Assembly: GCF_006345805.1 (NCBI RefSeq) | Contig: NC_043003.1 | Coordinates: 86,614,001-86,678,000 of the forward strand | Origin: Octopus sinensis | Taxonomy: Eukaryota | Direction of reading: 5' to 3' | Length of the DNA stretch: 64,000 nucleotides | Shown: positions 38,343 through 52,358 of the stretch, one piece after another | Layout: every line of letters starts with the position of its first letter | Position numbering within the stretch: position 1 is the first letter of the stretch | Made by a program: the position numbers and the translations under genes | Notes under the pieces: generated by a model | Seen by the model: the letters and a program-made list of their open reading frames with translations, nothing else | What the model was told of the DNA's origin: nothing | Databases searched by the model: none

Positions 38343-39068
38343 GGTGATGGAGCAATAATATAATACAATATATTAAGATAACTTAAATATGTGATATGCA
38401 AAACAAATGCAAATTCGAAAAACCCACTCACGCATAGGTGGAATCCTAGCCAACATTGCTTAACTCGCTTCAGAACATCGCATGATTCAGAAGCTGTTTC
38501 TACTCTAATCATCTCCAGCAAATTATTTGCTACGAAATTCACCGTGAACATTTTCTGCATAGGTCTTCAACGACTGTCTATTAACTAGAAGACACTGGTA
38601 ACATTGCGATTAATTCCTTTATTGTGGTGTCAGTATCTAATTCAATGTTCTCGACATTAGATTACTTGCCTCTTCTTGTAGTAACTATTTCCCACTTATT
38701 TGATTCCATAATTATATTTATGTCTTGATTGAATGTATGAACATTATTTCTGGATTTTCCAACTGAGAATTTCCCCTTGTAAATTTCTTTATGTCATATA
38801 TTTAAGATAACTGCTTCATAGCGATTTTATTCGGTAAATTTGGTTATGGAGGTAGAGGTAAGTTGAGAGAATAATGAGTTTTGGTAGAATATTTGTGTTC
38901 TTACTTGTATATGTAAAATGTGAATCAACAATTTATTCGAAGTCTCTGGAAAGAGCACGAAAGCTAATTCCGTGATTGTGTATGAAATCCTTGAGAGGCA
39001 ACTAGTCAACTCTGAATAACAACGATAACACAAGTGGCCAATAAAAGAATCTTTTATTATTATTATTA

Positions 39069-39107
<39 letters not shown>

Positions 39108-39123
39108 TATTATTATTATTATT

Positions 39124-39158
<35 letters not shown>

Positions 39159-39191
39159 TATTATTATTATTTTTATTATTATTATTATAAT

Positions 39192-39362
39192 GAAGGCGGC
39201 GAACCGGCAGATTCGCTTGCACACCGGGTAAAATGCTGAGGTCTACTTCGCTTTTCATCTTTTGTTTTTTCGGGTGTGATCGATAAAATAAGTACTGGGG
39301 TCAATGTAATCGACTAGCTCTCGCTAAAATGATTTCAGATCTTGTGCCTATAGTAGAACGGA
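39192..39362 (+). mobile_element. SINE family A, deleted copy
   Basis: AAGGCGGCGAACCGGCAG head; GATCGATAAAATAAGTACTGGGGTCAATGTAATCGAC body. Confidence 0.7.
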
Positions 39363-39393
39363 TTGTTATTGTTGTTATTATTATTATTATTAT

Positions 39394-39482
<89 letters not shown>
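39394..39482. repeat. (GTA)n microsatellite
   Basis: Directly visible. Confidence 0.95.
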
Positions 39483-39801
39483 AGTATTTCGGTTTGTTGC
39501 TATGCTAATTGGCTACTCTGTAACGAGCAAGAAAAGAACATCGAAGAACATCTACATCCTTCCACGCCCTGCACAAATTAACAAACCAAACTGTCTTAAT
39601 TAGAATGAATAAAGTTATCGATAAAATTGTCCTGAAAGTGAAAATTCTATTCATATAAACATGTGTCCCCAATCCACACGAGAAGTTCATCTGAAAGATA
39701 AGAATATGGACGATGCAAACTTAATATTCCCTAAAAAAATGTTAGTGATTTCCAGAAGAAAACCCACCCATTTAGAATCAATTAAGACCATTTGCTAGGC
39801 T

Positions 39802-40175
39802 TCCACATAAATACATCAAATTTCATAAACTATAACACTGATAACATCAATAATAACCAAAGATATTTTTTTCAACATTACAGATCCGCAAAAAGACGTT
39901 TTAAATATATCGGAAGGTTACAGACACAAGTAAACATTGTATATATAAACCAATAAATTTATCAATGCTGCTGCAATAAAGCAGTAACCTCCACATAAAT
40001 ACATCAAATTTCATAAATTATAACACTGACAACATCGATAACATCAATAATTACCAAAGATATTTTTTCAACACTACGGATCTGCACAAAATACATTTTA
40101 CAAATATCAGAATTTTACAGACACAAGTAAACATTTGTATATGTAAACCAATAAATTTATAAATTCAGCAATATA
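39802..40175. repeat. About 188-bp tandem duplication
   Basis: TCCACATAAATACATCAAATTTCATAAA at 39802 and 39990. Confidence 0.85.
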
Positions 40176-40594
40176 AGAGTTGCAGAAACAGTTCCATGAA
40201 ATTAAAAATGACATCATCATCGACATGATAATTACGTTGCGTCAATCACGTTGCAGTCACATAAAGAATCAAGATTCCATAAATAACTATCATATATCTA
40301 ATTAGGCGCAATATGATAGAAATGCAAATGTTGAAAGAATCTGACAACGCAGCCTTATATAGAAACAATAAAGATAGTACACAAGATAACACATCATCAC
40401 ATTTACTCTTCTTTTCCCATCCCAAACATCCCATTTTCTGACATGATTTACTGGCTGCCAATAGATCTCACGTGGTTGTCTCAGTTTCGCAAATAAGTTT
40501 TACCATACGTATTCCATTTCAGTATTTTCTTTTTTTTTAAACAACAAAAACGAAAGATTATTTTCTCCCTTCTATCTAAAACTTACCCGTATTG

Positions 40595-40700
40595 TATTCG
40601 GGGTCGATAAATTAAGTATCAGTTGCGTACTGGGGTCGATCTAATCGACTGGACCCCTCCCCAAAAAATTTCAGGCCTTGTGCCTAGAGTAGAAAATAAT
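40595..40700 (+). mobile_element. SINE family A, 3' fragment
   Basis: TTCGGGGTCGATAAATTAAGTATCAGTTGCGTACTGGGGTCGAT. Confidence 0.85.
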
Positions 40701-40970
40701 AAAAGAAATCATTGTATTATTTTTATTTCTTATTCTTATCATTACAATTAGAACAGTGGAGAAAATGCCTTGCAGTATTTTGTTATATCTCTTTATGAAA
40801 CACGTTTAACACCTGTCAAAGTAGATTCTGTGTTTCAACATTTTCGAAACGATAGAATAATTACCAGCCAAAAAGTGAGGTCAATATAACTGACTACAAC
40901 ACATCCCAAATGAGCGACCTTGTGCACATAACCCATACTGTTATTATTATCATTATTATTATTATTATTA

Positions 40971-41003
<33 letters not shown>

Positions 41004-41011
41004 TTATTATT

Positions 41012-41720
41012 ACTCATTCGTAACAGTGTAGGTACAAATGCACCGGAGTCTTTAGTCATCTGTCAAGTCACAAGGACCTCAGACAGACAGATAATACTTT
41101 CTTTTAGACGTGTGCTGTGCCCAATAAGGCTACTTTTTGCAAGACACCGATCTTGCTTGGGATTTCCAGTTGCCTCAAGAAGCCTTGAAGTTTCAATGGG
41201 ATTGAGCCCAATGCTCCGATCACCACTGGTATCACTTTTACGTTACCATCTCGCATTCCATATAGTCTTACCATTTCCACTTTCAGTTCGGAGTACTTGG
41301 TGATTTTTTTTAACCTCTTTACTCACAACATTCACGTCATTTGGTTTGGCTACAACAATGAGCTGACAGTATTTGTTTCTCTTATTCAATATGACAATAT
41401 CCGGCTGACGGTGATCGATTACACAATCCGTCTGAAAATCATATTCCCAGAGTATTGTTATTTTTCTATCCTCCTGCATAACTTTACTTCATACATTCTC
41501 ATACCAGTTCTCTATTACTTCATATTGGTATTTACAGTATAAGAGCCAATGAAGATACACACACACTTAATCGTGGCGGCGCTTGTATTCTTTTTGTGCA
41601 AGGCTCTCACATCCACTTTCCAAGTGGGTCACATTTTCCAAAAATAGAAATACTTCAAAATCCGAAACACGTTCAGTTCTGAAAATTTTTAATAAGTGTT
41701 CAGCTAGATCATCTACATTT
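41012..41720 (-). pseudogene. R4/Dong-like LINE 3' end (RLE domain plus short 3' UTR) abutting (TAA)n
   Basis: TILWEYDFQTDCVIDHRQPDIVILNK; VKVIPVVIGALG; LQKVALLGTA. Confidence 0.88.
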
Positions 41721-41786
41721 CAAATCATGTTTTTTCTGTTTGAGTGAATACAGTTACATTTTCTGTATATTAATTCGTGGGCATGG

Positions 41787-42110
41787 TAAGGCAGCGAGTT
41801 GGAAGAATCATTAGCATGCCAACTAAAATGCTTAGCGGTATTTTGCTCGTAAGCGGTATTTCGCCCGTAAAGCGGTATTCCGCCCGTAAACCGGTATTCC
41901 GCCCGTAAACCGGTGTTTCTCCCGTAAAAGCTGTAATCCGCCCGTAAAGCTATATTCCACCCGTCTTTACGTTCTGAATTCAATTTCTGAGTTCAGCTTT
42001 GCCTTCCATGCTTTCGAGGTCGATAAAATAAGTACCACTTGAAGACTGGAGTCGATGTAATCGACCTACTTCTACCCCAAAAATTGCTGGCCAAGTGCCA
42101 AAATTTAAAA
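41787..42110 (+). mobile_element. SINE family A with internal 18-20-bp minisatellite (7 copies, 41834-41965)
   Basis: Unit AGCGGTATTCCGCCCGTAA expanded inside the tRNA-like head. Confidence 0.85.
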
Positions 42111-42538
42111 TCAATTCGTATCCAAGCTGAATTTGACGATACGCTATCGAATGACGAGCTGCGTATTATATATTCCCATTATATCTTCTTTCCTGTCATA
42201 TGAACTCACACATAAATACTTGACAGTAGAATGCCTGAAATGATTTGATTAAAATATTCCCTGAGAGCAGTGATCCCCAATGTGGAGCATGTTCGCTAAT
42301 ATACACACTAGCTTAGCTATAGAAATAACACATTTGATAATATGGTCCTAAATAGCCCCAAAACGACAGGATTGACGCAGCTAGAATATATAACTTCGAT
42401 GATAGGTCTGACAAGTCAGGTCTCAGCTAGGCTATAAAAAAAACTGAGACAAAAGAAAGATAATCTTAAGATACATACACACACACACACACACACACAC
42501 ACTCACGTATATATATATATATATATAATATTATAATT

Positions 42539-42571
<33 letters not shown>

Positions 42572-42749
42572 TACATATGTGTGTTGTGTGTTATTTCATA
42601 ATAGAGTACCATTAAGTTCTGATACATTTAGAAACGTCATGAAGATACAAAAAAATGTATACTATTTAGAAACTTTTCATAACTTACGTTGCCGAAGGTA
42701 AGATGATTAAAGAGATCTATTACATTTATGTTTTTTTTTTCTTACTGTT

Positions 42750-43020
42750 TATCTAACAGAATTCAGATGATGTCGCTTTGTAAATTGGTTTGCGGAAAAA
42801 GAAAATATTTTCGTATTACACAACGTAAACATAGTAAGATAGGGGAAAGAGAAAAAGCAATAACAAATATGAGTATTTATGTTAATAATAATTCTTTCCC
42901 AAAAGCACAATTCCATGAAGTAAACATAATTTCTGCATATGTTCCTACTCTCATGACAACAAAAACTTACGAAATATGAAAACAACGTAACATATTGAAA
43001 CTAAGGACTTTCGGGTAAGA
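42750..43020 (+). pseudogene. Possible RTE-type AP endonuclease fragment
   Basis: NIISAYVPTL resembles the IISAYAPT motif; single motif only. Confidence 0.35.
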
Positions 43021-43352
43021 AAATATTATAGAACCAGTGTTATTATACAATTATGACAAGTACGTATGCTTGTATGTGTGTATGTATGTAAATATGTATG
43101 TATGTATGTATGTATGTAGGTACCTATCTATCTGTCTATCTACCGATCGATCGATCGATCTATTTGTCTATCTACATGTCTAACTTTTGTATCATTATAT
43201 ATATATATATATAACTTAGGGTATCTGAGAGATACCACCATGCTGAAATAGCAGTCAAAACCCTAACCCTAAAAGCACCTTAAATGTCCATATCACACCA
43301 GGAGAGAAGACATAGAGACAAAATAAACTAGCAAAAATATTTTACTGGATAA

Positions 43353-43409
43353 TTCAAGATCCTGGATTTCTGGCTTTGCCTCAGTAAAACTCTGCCTTCT
43401 TCAGTTGAA
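43353..43409 (-). ncRNA. Type I hammerhead ribozyme variant (AUC site)
   Basis: TTCAA-CTGAAGA-A GGC..GCC A-GAAA-TCC A GGA-TC-TTGAA; in a 216-bp island (43213-43428) bounded by (TA)n. Confidence 0.72.
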
Positions 43410-43430
43410 AAATACCAGATAAATACATAG

Positions 43431-43464
<34 letters not shown>

Positions 43465-43573
43465 TATATTATACAGAACATACGTTATACTTACATATAC
43501 GAACGCTCATACATACATATATACACGTATGTACAAGGCCAGTTAACTTACCCGCCAAACATATACATATATA

Positions 43574-43711
<138 letters not shown>

Positions 43712-43722
43712 TATATAGAAGG

Positions 43723-43773
43723 AGCTTCTACAGGACAAGAACTGTTTCATTCAAGAGAAATCATCAGGAAGCT
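43723..43773 (-). ncRNA. Type I hammerhead ribozyme in left pLTR
   Basis: AGCTTC-CTGATGA-T TTC tctt GAA T-GAAA-CAG ttcttgtc CTG-TA-GAAGCT. Confidence 0.82.
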
Positions 43774-44115
43774 AGTTAACAAGAATGTATTGGCATTTAT
43801 ACATTAGGCGGGGGGTTTAAAGGGGTGGTGGGGGGACTTTTTGGGGGTAGGCATAGCGCAAAAATATCATACTTGGGGGAGTGGTCAAGGAGTCAGTGGT
43901 AAAATAATAAAAAGAATAAAAGAATAAATAAAAGAATAAATAAAATAAAAAAATAAAAAATATATAGAAAAATATATAGAAGAATAGAGTTTTAGGTAAA
44001 AGGAGATTCTCACTTATACATATACACATATGTAATATATACACACCACACACGCACACATATACATACACACATACATACACACACACATATATACATA
44101 CATATATGTATATAT

Positions 44116-44156
<41 letters not shown>

Positions 44157-44369
44157 CATATGCACACATATATACACACACACATGTATATATACACACA
44201 CACACCCACACATACATATACACACAAAAAAAATATATACATACACACACATACACATACACACATACACACACATATGTACATACACAGATGCACACAC
44301 AAGTCCATATATACACATACATATGGACACATACATATGGACACACACAAGTCCATATATATACATATA

Positions 44370-44403
<34 letters not shown>

Positions 44404-44977
44404 CATATGTGTACCTGTACATACCTACACATACACACATATACATGCAAATACAAGCCCATTCCCTAATTTTAATTTTGTTATTATCTTCATTTATTAC
44501 TTTTGTTATCTTTGACCGCGGGTCACAAGAATCTTGGCTACGACAGCAAGTCCATTTATCTTTCTACTCGAACACAAGCACTCACTCACGCACGCACACT
44601 CATTAGCACGCACACTCACTCATTCGTACGCTCATACACATACACGCACGCACGCGTTATATTCATACATACATACATCTACATACATTCACATATATAC
44701 ACATACGTACGCGTACCTTCAGATTCATGTCTACACGCTTAGAAGACTAGTCCATACATATACACCAATACATATATATACACACATACATATACACCTA
44801 CATACAAATACATACATATATATATATACGTATACATACATACATATACATACACCCATACATACATACATATATACACATACACACACCCACACGTATA
44901 CATATACATACATATACGCGCATACATACACATACATATACATACATATACTCCTACACATATATATATACATATAC

Positions 44978-45014
<37 letters not shown>

Positions 45015-45368
45015 CATACATACATAAACATATATACACACACACATACATACACATATACATACACACACATACACATATACATGCGTACCATATACAC
45101 ACACACACGCGCGCATCCATATATACACATAAGTACACACATGCGTAAAAGTATACATATATCTATACATATGCTTACACATACACACACACACGCGCCT
45201 CCTTACGTTCATATACTTATATTCATACTCAAAAAATAAATAATAAAATATATATACGTGCAGTTATTCATATACATACATGCATACTCAAAAAATAAAT
45301 AATAAATATTAAGTATACATTTACGTGCAGTTACCTATTATACAGACGGATACATACATATAAAACTT

Positions 45369-45401
<33 letters not shown>

Positions 45402-45409
45402 CTATATAT

Positions 45410-45452
<43 letters not shown>

Positions 45453-45661
45453 ACTTACACATATGTACATATGCATACATACATAAACTCTACGTACCTA
45501 CATATACATAAAACACACGAGCGTACACGTATATGTACATATACACATACACATACACACACATATATACATATATAAAATACACCACACACACAATATA
45601 TATATATAAAATATTATTATATATATATAATACATACATATACATACACACACATACACAT

Positions 45662-45702
<41 letters not shown>

Positions 45703-45773
45703 CATACATATACATATACACACATACACACCACACATACATATACACACAACAATACACATACACACACATA

Positions 45774-45815
<42 letters not shown>

Positions 45816-45901
45816 CATATATACACGTATATACACATAAGTACATACATGCATAAATGTATACATATTTCTATAGAGGTGCATACACTACATACACTCA
45901 C

Positions 45902-47360
45902 CCCTTTCCACTCTGGAATAGGACCTCCGAGGAATAACCTGGTCCGGGATTTACCTGACAAAAGCAACACCCGATTCCTACAACTGGATATCGAGGATTA
46001 TACGCCTCCATATCGGAGAGCTTTGCTGATCGACGCGAGTAACTTCGCCAGGAAGTCCTCCACCATCACCGAGGCCGAGCAAGATGTGATCCTCCACGCA
46101 CGTAAGACTTTTCTTTCCACGGACGGATCCCCCTGGATCAACAAAACATCTGTGACCCCCTTCGACGTCAGCATGGGTGCTAGCGACTCGGCTGAAATAA
46201 GTGACCTAGTGGGGCCTTTTCATCCTCCATAGGCTGAAGACCCTATTCACAGGCCTCTCCGGTGGTCTTTACCGCGATGACGGCCTTTTCGCCCTCCACA
46301 AAATAAAACCCAGGACCACGGATGGGGTCAGGAAAAATCTTACACCTTCTTTAAAAACTTAGCCTTAGGATTACCTTAGAATCCAACTTAACCAAAGCTA
46401 ACTTCCTAGATGTTACCCTCGACTTAAAAACCTCACTTTATTACCCGTACCACAAACCAAATGAATCCCTTAGATATATAGACATTAATTCCAACCCACC
46501 ACAAAAATATATTAGATACCTAGTAAAAAGTGTCTCAATTAGAATTTCTAGCCTGTCCGCCACGGAAGATATCTTTAAGGCCGCAGCCCCCTATTACAAC
46601 GAGGCCCTGGCCCCGCAGTGGCTTTAAAGATAGATTACCTATACTAGTATAGCCCCACGCCAACCCAGGAAAAATAGACGAAAGACACATAGCTGGTACA
46701 ACCCCCCCCCCCTTTCACCGTGAGGTTCGCTACACCTGTAGCAAAATCTTCTTCACTCTCCTACAGAAACACTTCCCTACCCAACATAAGTACTACACTG
46801 TCCTAAATAAGAACACATATTAAACTCTCCTACTCTACCACGCCCAATCTAGCCAGGAACCTAGCCAACAACAATGTGAAAAAACTTAATATATCTACTT
46901 TTCGAGGCCATCCAACATCCGATAGCAATTGCAACTGCCCTGATAAAAACCACTTGCCCCCTCAACAACAACTGCCTACAGAGGGACCTCGTATATAGAT
47001 GCGAGGTAAGATCAGGCCATGATGATAAAAGAAAATCCTACATCGGAATGACGTCAAACAGCTTTAAGACCCGTTGGTACGCCCACACACACTCGTTCCG
47101 GCGACCGGATAAATCCAAACCAAACTACCCTCGCCGCCGCCCACATCTGGTACCTTAAAGGACTCCATCCCCTTCAAGACCAAGTGGAAACTACTACAGA
47201 AGGCGCGCGTTCGTACACCGGAGGCCATACCTGCTGTGACCTTTGCATTTCGGAGAGCCTAGAGATCTTGTTCGCCAAAGCCCTCTCCTTAACAAGATCT
47301 CAGAACACTCCCCAAATTGCATGCATAAGAATTATACAAACTACAAGAACTACTATAGAC
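45902..47360 (+). pseudogene. Penelope-like RT/GIY-YIG ORF remnant, frameshifted
   Basis: [66 protein letters not shown]. Confidence 0.92.
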
Positions 47361-47694
47361 TACCGGCAACCAGATTGATGACACCCCACCCACAAACCCC
47401 CCAATCCCACCGTTCCCCTAGCCAGCACCCCCGATTGCCTTTTCTCCTAAGACCTTCACATATTGTATGTGTACGCTTGTATATGTGCCTATATATATGT
47501 ATAGAAATGTACGGGTATAGTAGGAATATACGCATGTATTTTATGGTGGGTGCGTGTGTATGTATGTAAAAAAATAAATATATAGTAGTGTGTGTGTTGG
47601 TGTTGTGTGTGTATATGTATATATGGTATATGTGTGTGTATGCATATGTATATGTGTATGTATGTGTATATATGTATGTATATATAAAATATTA

Positions 47695-47860
47695 ATAATT
47701 AGGGCTTAGTAAAATAAATTACTTTGCCACATACTGAACTTTCTAGAAATAGCAGCCAAAAAAGTTTTTTAGCCATTTCCACTACTTAAAGAAAATTTCT
47801 CTCAGACAATGTTTACTCAAAAATAATGGTCCTTACATACTGAATACTTGGTGTGAAATT
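47695..47860 (-). mobile_element. 3' fragment homologous to the HHR island at 31440-31590
   Basis: GAACTTT..AGAAATAGCAGCCAAAAA..CAGACAATG..TACTCA shared. Confidence 0.7.
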
Positions 47861-47896
47861 GATTAATAACTAATTAACTTTACCCTCAATTGTTGA

Positions 47897-47930
<34 letters not shown>

Positions 47931-48357
47931 TATATATGTATGTATGTGTATGTGTGTGTGTGTGTGTGTATATATATGTATATGTGTGTATGTATATATT
48001 TATATATATATATGTATGTATGTATATGTGGATATGTATATATATATATGTGTATATAAGTGTACGCGAGTATGTCGATGTATATGTAGGTATGTAGAGT
48101 TATGTGTATGTGCATGTATGTGTGTGTATATACAGATTGTAGATGTGTATATATATATGTGTATGTATAAGTATGTGTGTGTATATGTATATATATATAT
48201 ATGTATGTGTAGGTATGTAGAGTTATACGTATGTGCATGTGTGTGTGTATGTGTGCATATATGTAGATAGGTGTATATATGTATATGTATATATATGTAT
48301 ATATGTGTGTGTGTATGTGTGTGTGTATGTATATATATATTATATGTATAATATGTA

Positions 48358-48403
<46 letters not shown>

Positions 48404-48624
48404 TGTATTTTATATGAATGTTCCGTCTGTATAAAGGGTAACTGCATGTTATATACTTATTATTTATTACTTATTACTTATTATTTATTACTTGAGTATG
48501 CGTTGGTTGCATGTTGTATTTATGTATATAAGGTGGCGCCGTGAGTGTATGTATGTGTATGCACCTCTATAGAAATAGTATACATTTATGCATGTATGTA
48601 CTTATGTTATATACGTGATATATG

Positions 48625-48666
<42 letters not shown>

Positions 48667-48905
48667 GGTGTGTATGTGTTGTGTGTGTGTGGTATGAGTA
48701 TGTATGTATGTTACGCACATGTGTATTAATATATAGATATATATATATATATATAGTATATATATATATGTATGGTGTGTGTAGTATGTATATATATGTG
48801 TGTGTGTGAGTATGTGTGTGTATGTGTATGTATATATGTAGATATATGTGTGTATGTGTGGGGGTATATATATATATATATATGTGAATGTGTGTGTATA
48901 TGTAC

Positions 48906-48972
<67 letters not shown>

Positions 48973-49048
48973 GTGTGTAAGTGTTGTGTATATATGTATG
49001 TGTAAGTGTGTGTGTGTGTGTATGAGTATGTATGTATGTATGCACGCT

Positions 49049-49082
<34 letters not shown>

Positions 49083-49147
49083 GTATGTATGTGTGTATGT
49101 ATATGTATGTGTGTGTGTATGTGTGTATATGTATATGTATGTATATG

Positions 49148-49180
<33 letters not shown>

Positions 49181-49398
49181 ATGTGTATGTGTGTGTATGT
49201 ATGTATTATATATATATATATATATATAAGTGTGTGTGTATGTATATATATGTATATACGTGTGTGTATGTGTATGTGTATATGTAGATATACGTGTACG
49301 CTCGTGTGTTTATGTATATGTAGGTACGTAGAGTTATGTATGTATGTATGCATATGTACATATGTGTAAGTAGGTATATATATATTAATATATTATAT

Positions 49399-49429
<31 letters not shown>

Positions 49430-49793
49430 TGTAAGTTTATATGTATGTTCCGTCTTGTATAATAGGTAAACTACACGTAAATATATACTTAATATTTATT
49501 ATTTATTTTTTTGAGTATGCATGTATGTATATGAATAACTGCACGTATATATATTTTATATTATTTTTGAGTATGCATGTAAGTATATGAACGTAAGGAG
49601 GCGCGTGTGGTGTGTGTATGTGTAAGCATATGTATAGATATATGTATACTTTTACGCATGTGTGTACATATGTGTATATATGATGCGCGTGTGTGTTTGT
49701 GTATAGGGTACGCATGTATATGTGTATGTGTGTGTATGTATACGTGATGTATGTGTGTTGTGTATATATGTATATGTATGTATGTACATGTAT

Positions 49794-49849
<56 letters not shown>

Positions 49850-50651
49850 GTGTGTAGGAGTATATGTATGTATGTGTATGGTATGTATGCGCGTATATGT
49901 ATGTATATGTATACGTGTGGGTGTGTGTATGTGATATATGTATGTATGTATGGGGTGTTTGTATATGTATGTATGTATACGTATATATATATATATATTA
50001 TAATATATATATATGTATGTATGTATTTGTATGTAGGTTGTATATGTATGTGTGTATATATTTATTGGTGGTGTATATGTATGGACTAGTCTTCTAAGCG
50101 TGTAGACATTAATCTGAAGGTACGCGTACGTATGTGTATATATGTGAATGTATGTATATGTATGTATGTATGAATATAACGCGTGCGTGCGTGTATGTGT
50201 ATGAGTGTACGAATGAGTGAGTGGTGCGTGCTAATGAGGTGCGTGCGTGAGTGAGTGCTTGTGTTCGAGTAGAAAGATAATGGACTTGCTGTCGTAGCCA
50301 AGATGCTTGTGACCCGCGGTCAAAGCTAAACAAAAGTAATAAATGAAGATAATAATAAAATTAAAATTAGGGAATGGGCTTGTATTGCATGTATATATGT
50401 GTGTATGTGTAGGTATGTATAGGTACACATATGTATATATTTATGTATATATATATTTATATATACATATATATATATGTGTGTATGTGATATAGGGATT
50501 GTGTGTGCATGTGTGTATTGTAGATATGTGTGTGTATGTGTGTATGTGCATGTGTGTGTATGTATATTTTTTTTGTGTGTATAGTATGTGTGGGCGTGTG
50601 TGTGTATATATACATGTGTGTGTGTATTATGTTGCATATGTATGTATATAT

Positions 50652-50686
<35 letters not shown>

Positions 50687-51070
50687 TATATGTGTATATA
50701 CATATATGTATATATATATGTGGTGTGTGTATGTATGTGTGTATGTATATGTGTGCGGGTGTGTGTGTATATATATACAGGTGTATATGTATAAGTGGAA
50801 TCTCCTTATTTACCTAAAACTATTTTCTATATATTTTTCTATATATTTTTTATTCTTTTATTTTATTTATTCTTTTATTTATTCTTTTATCTATTTTACC
50901 ACTGACTCCTGACCACTCCCCCACAGCATGATATTTTTGCGCTTATGCCTACCCCCAAAAAGTCCCCCACCACCACCCCTTTAAACCTGCCTAATGTATA
51001 AATGCCAATACAATTCTTGTTAACTAGCACCTGCCTAAATGTATAAATGCCAATACAATTCTTGTTAACT

Positions 51071-51121
51071 AGCTTCCTGATGATTTCTCTTGAATGAAAC
51101 AGTTCTAGTCCTGTAGAAGCT
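51071..51121 (+). ncRNA. Type I hammerhead ribozyme in right pLTR; predicted cleavage after A51115 (GUA)
   Basis: CTGATGA 51077-51083; GAAA 51096-51099; stem I AGCTTC/GAAGCT; stem III CAG/CTG. Confidence 0.85.
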
Positions 51122-51202
51122 CCTACTATATAATAAATTAATTTTACTCTGCTGTGTATTGAGTACCTTATTTACTGTGGTAACCCCGAATCACCCGGGA
51201 CC

Positions 51203-51255
<53 letters not shown>

Positions 51256-51289
51256 TATATATATGTGTGGTGTGTATATATATATATAT

Positions 51290-51324
<35 letters not shown>

Positions 51325-51327
<3 letters not shown>

Positions 51328-51570
51328 GATGATAAAGATTCCATGAATCCGATCAACGAAACAGAGCCTGCTCGCGAAATTAATGTGCAAGTGACTAAGC
51401 GCTCTAGAGACAGTTGTACCCTTAACTTAGTTGTCAGGGAGATTCAGCATGACACAGAGAGTGACAGGGATGGCCCTTTGAAATACAGGTACTACTCATT
51501 TTTGTCGCTTGGATCTGAACTCACTTACGATCGTAAGCCAAATACTCTAACCACTATACCACGCGCTTTC
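51325..51570 (-). mobile_element. SINE family C-type, deleted copy
   Basis: Reverse complement head GCGCGTGGTATAGTGGTTAGAGT..GAGTTCAGATCC; body recognised by pattern. Confidence 0.65.
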
Positions 51571-51692
51571 ACAGAAGCATACATACATACATACATAAAT
51601 ATATATATACATATATATATTATATATATATATATTATATAATATATATTATATATATAATATATATATATATATAATATATGTATAATTAT

Positions 51693-51746
<54 letters not shown>

Positions 51747-51747
<1 letters not shown>

Positions 51748-52008
51748 AGGAATGAAGAAAATGCTGACAAATAATTTAAGTAATTAAGTAATTTAGTTAG
51801 GTGAAATTCTTTTACCGTTTGCGCATTTGTTATGCTTATGAAAGTTGTTTTCCTCTTATCTGATAAGTTTTTTCTCTTATCAGATAAGAGGAAAAAATTT
51901 TGATAAGCATAACAAATGCGCAACCGGTAAAAAGAACTTTCACCTAATTAAATTACTTAAATTACTTAAATTACTTAATTATTTTGTCAGCATTTTCTTC
52001 ATTTCCTT
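51747..52008. mobile_element. 262-bp near-perfect palindrome (fold-back element)
   Basis: AAGGAATGAAGAAAATGCTGACAAA / TTTTGTCAGCATTTTCTTCATTTCCTT; 8-nt centre. Confidence 0.88.
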
Positions 52009-52045
52009 TTTATAATCACAACTCGTGTTCCACATCTCCTTTTTT

Positions 52046-52089
<44 letters not shown>

Positions 52090-52295
52090 ATCAATAAGGA
52101 CAGGATTATACCAAGAGGTAAATACCAAAAGAAATATTTATCTCCCACTTCAATATATTATATTAAACCGTTCAACCCGATACGCATTTTTCTCATTCAG
52201 TTCTTTTCTTTCTCTCTCCATTCCTTTTCTCTCATCCCTTTCTGTTGAAGAGCTTAGGCTCGAAACTGTCTTTTACTTTCTGTACATTTCAACTA
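52090..52295 (+). mobile_element. PLE pLTR remnant with broken hammerhead-like motif
   Basis: CTGTTGA A GAGC ttag GCTC GAAAC at about 52242-52266. Confidence 0.45.
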
Positions 52296-52358
<63 letters not shown>

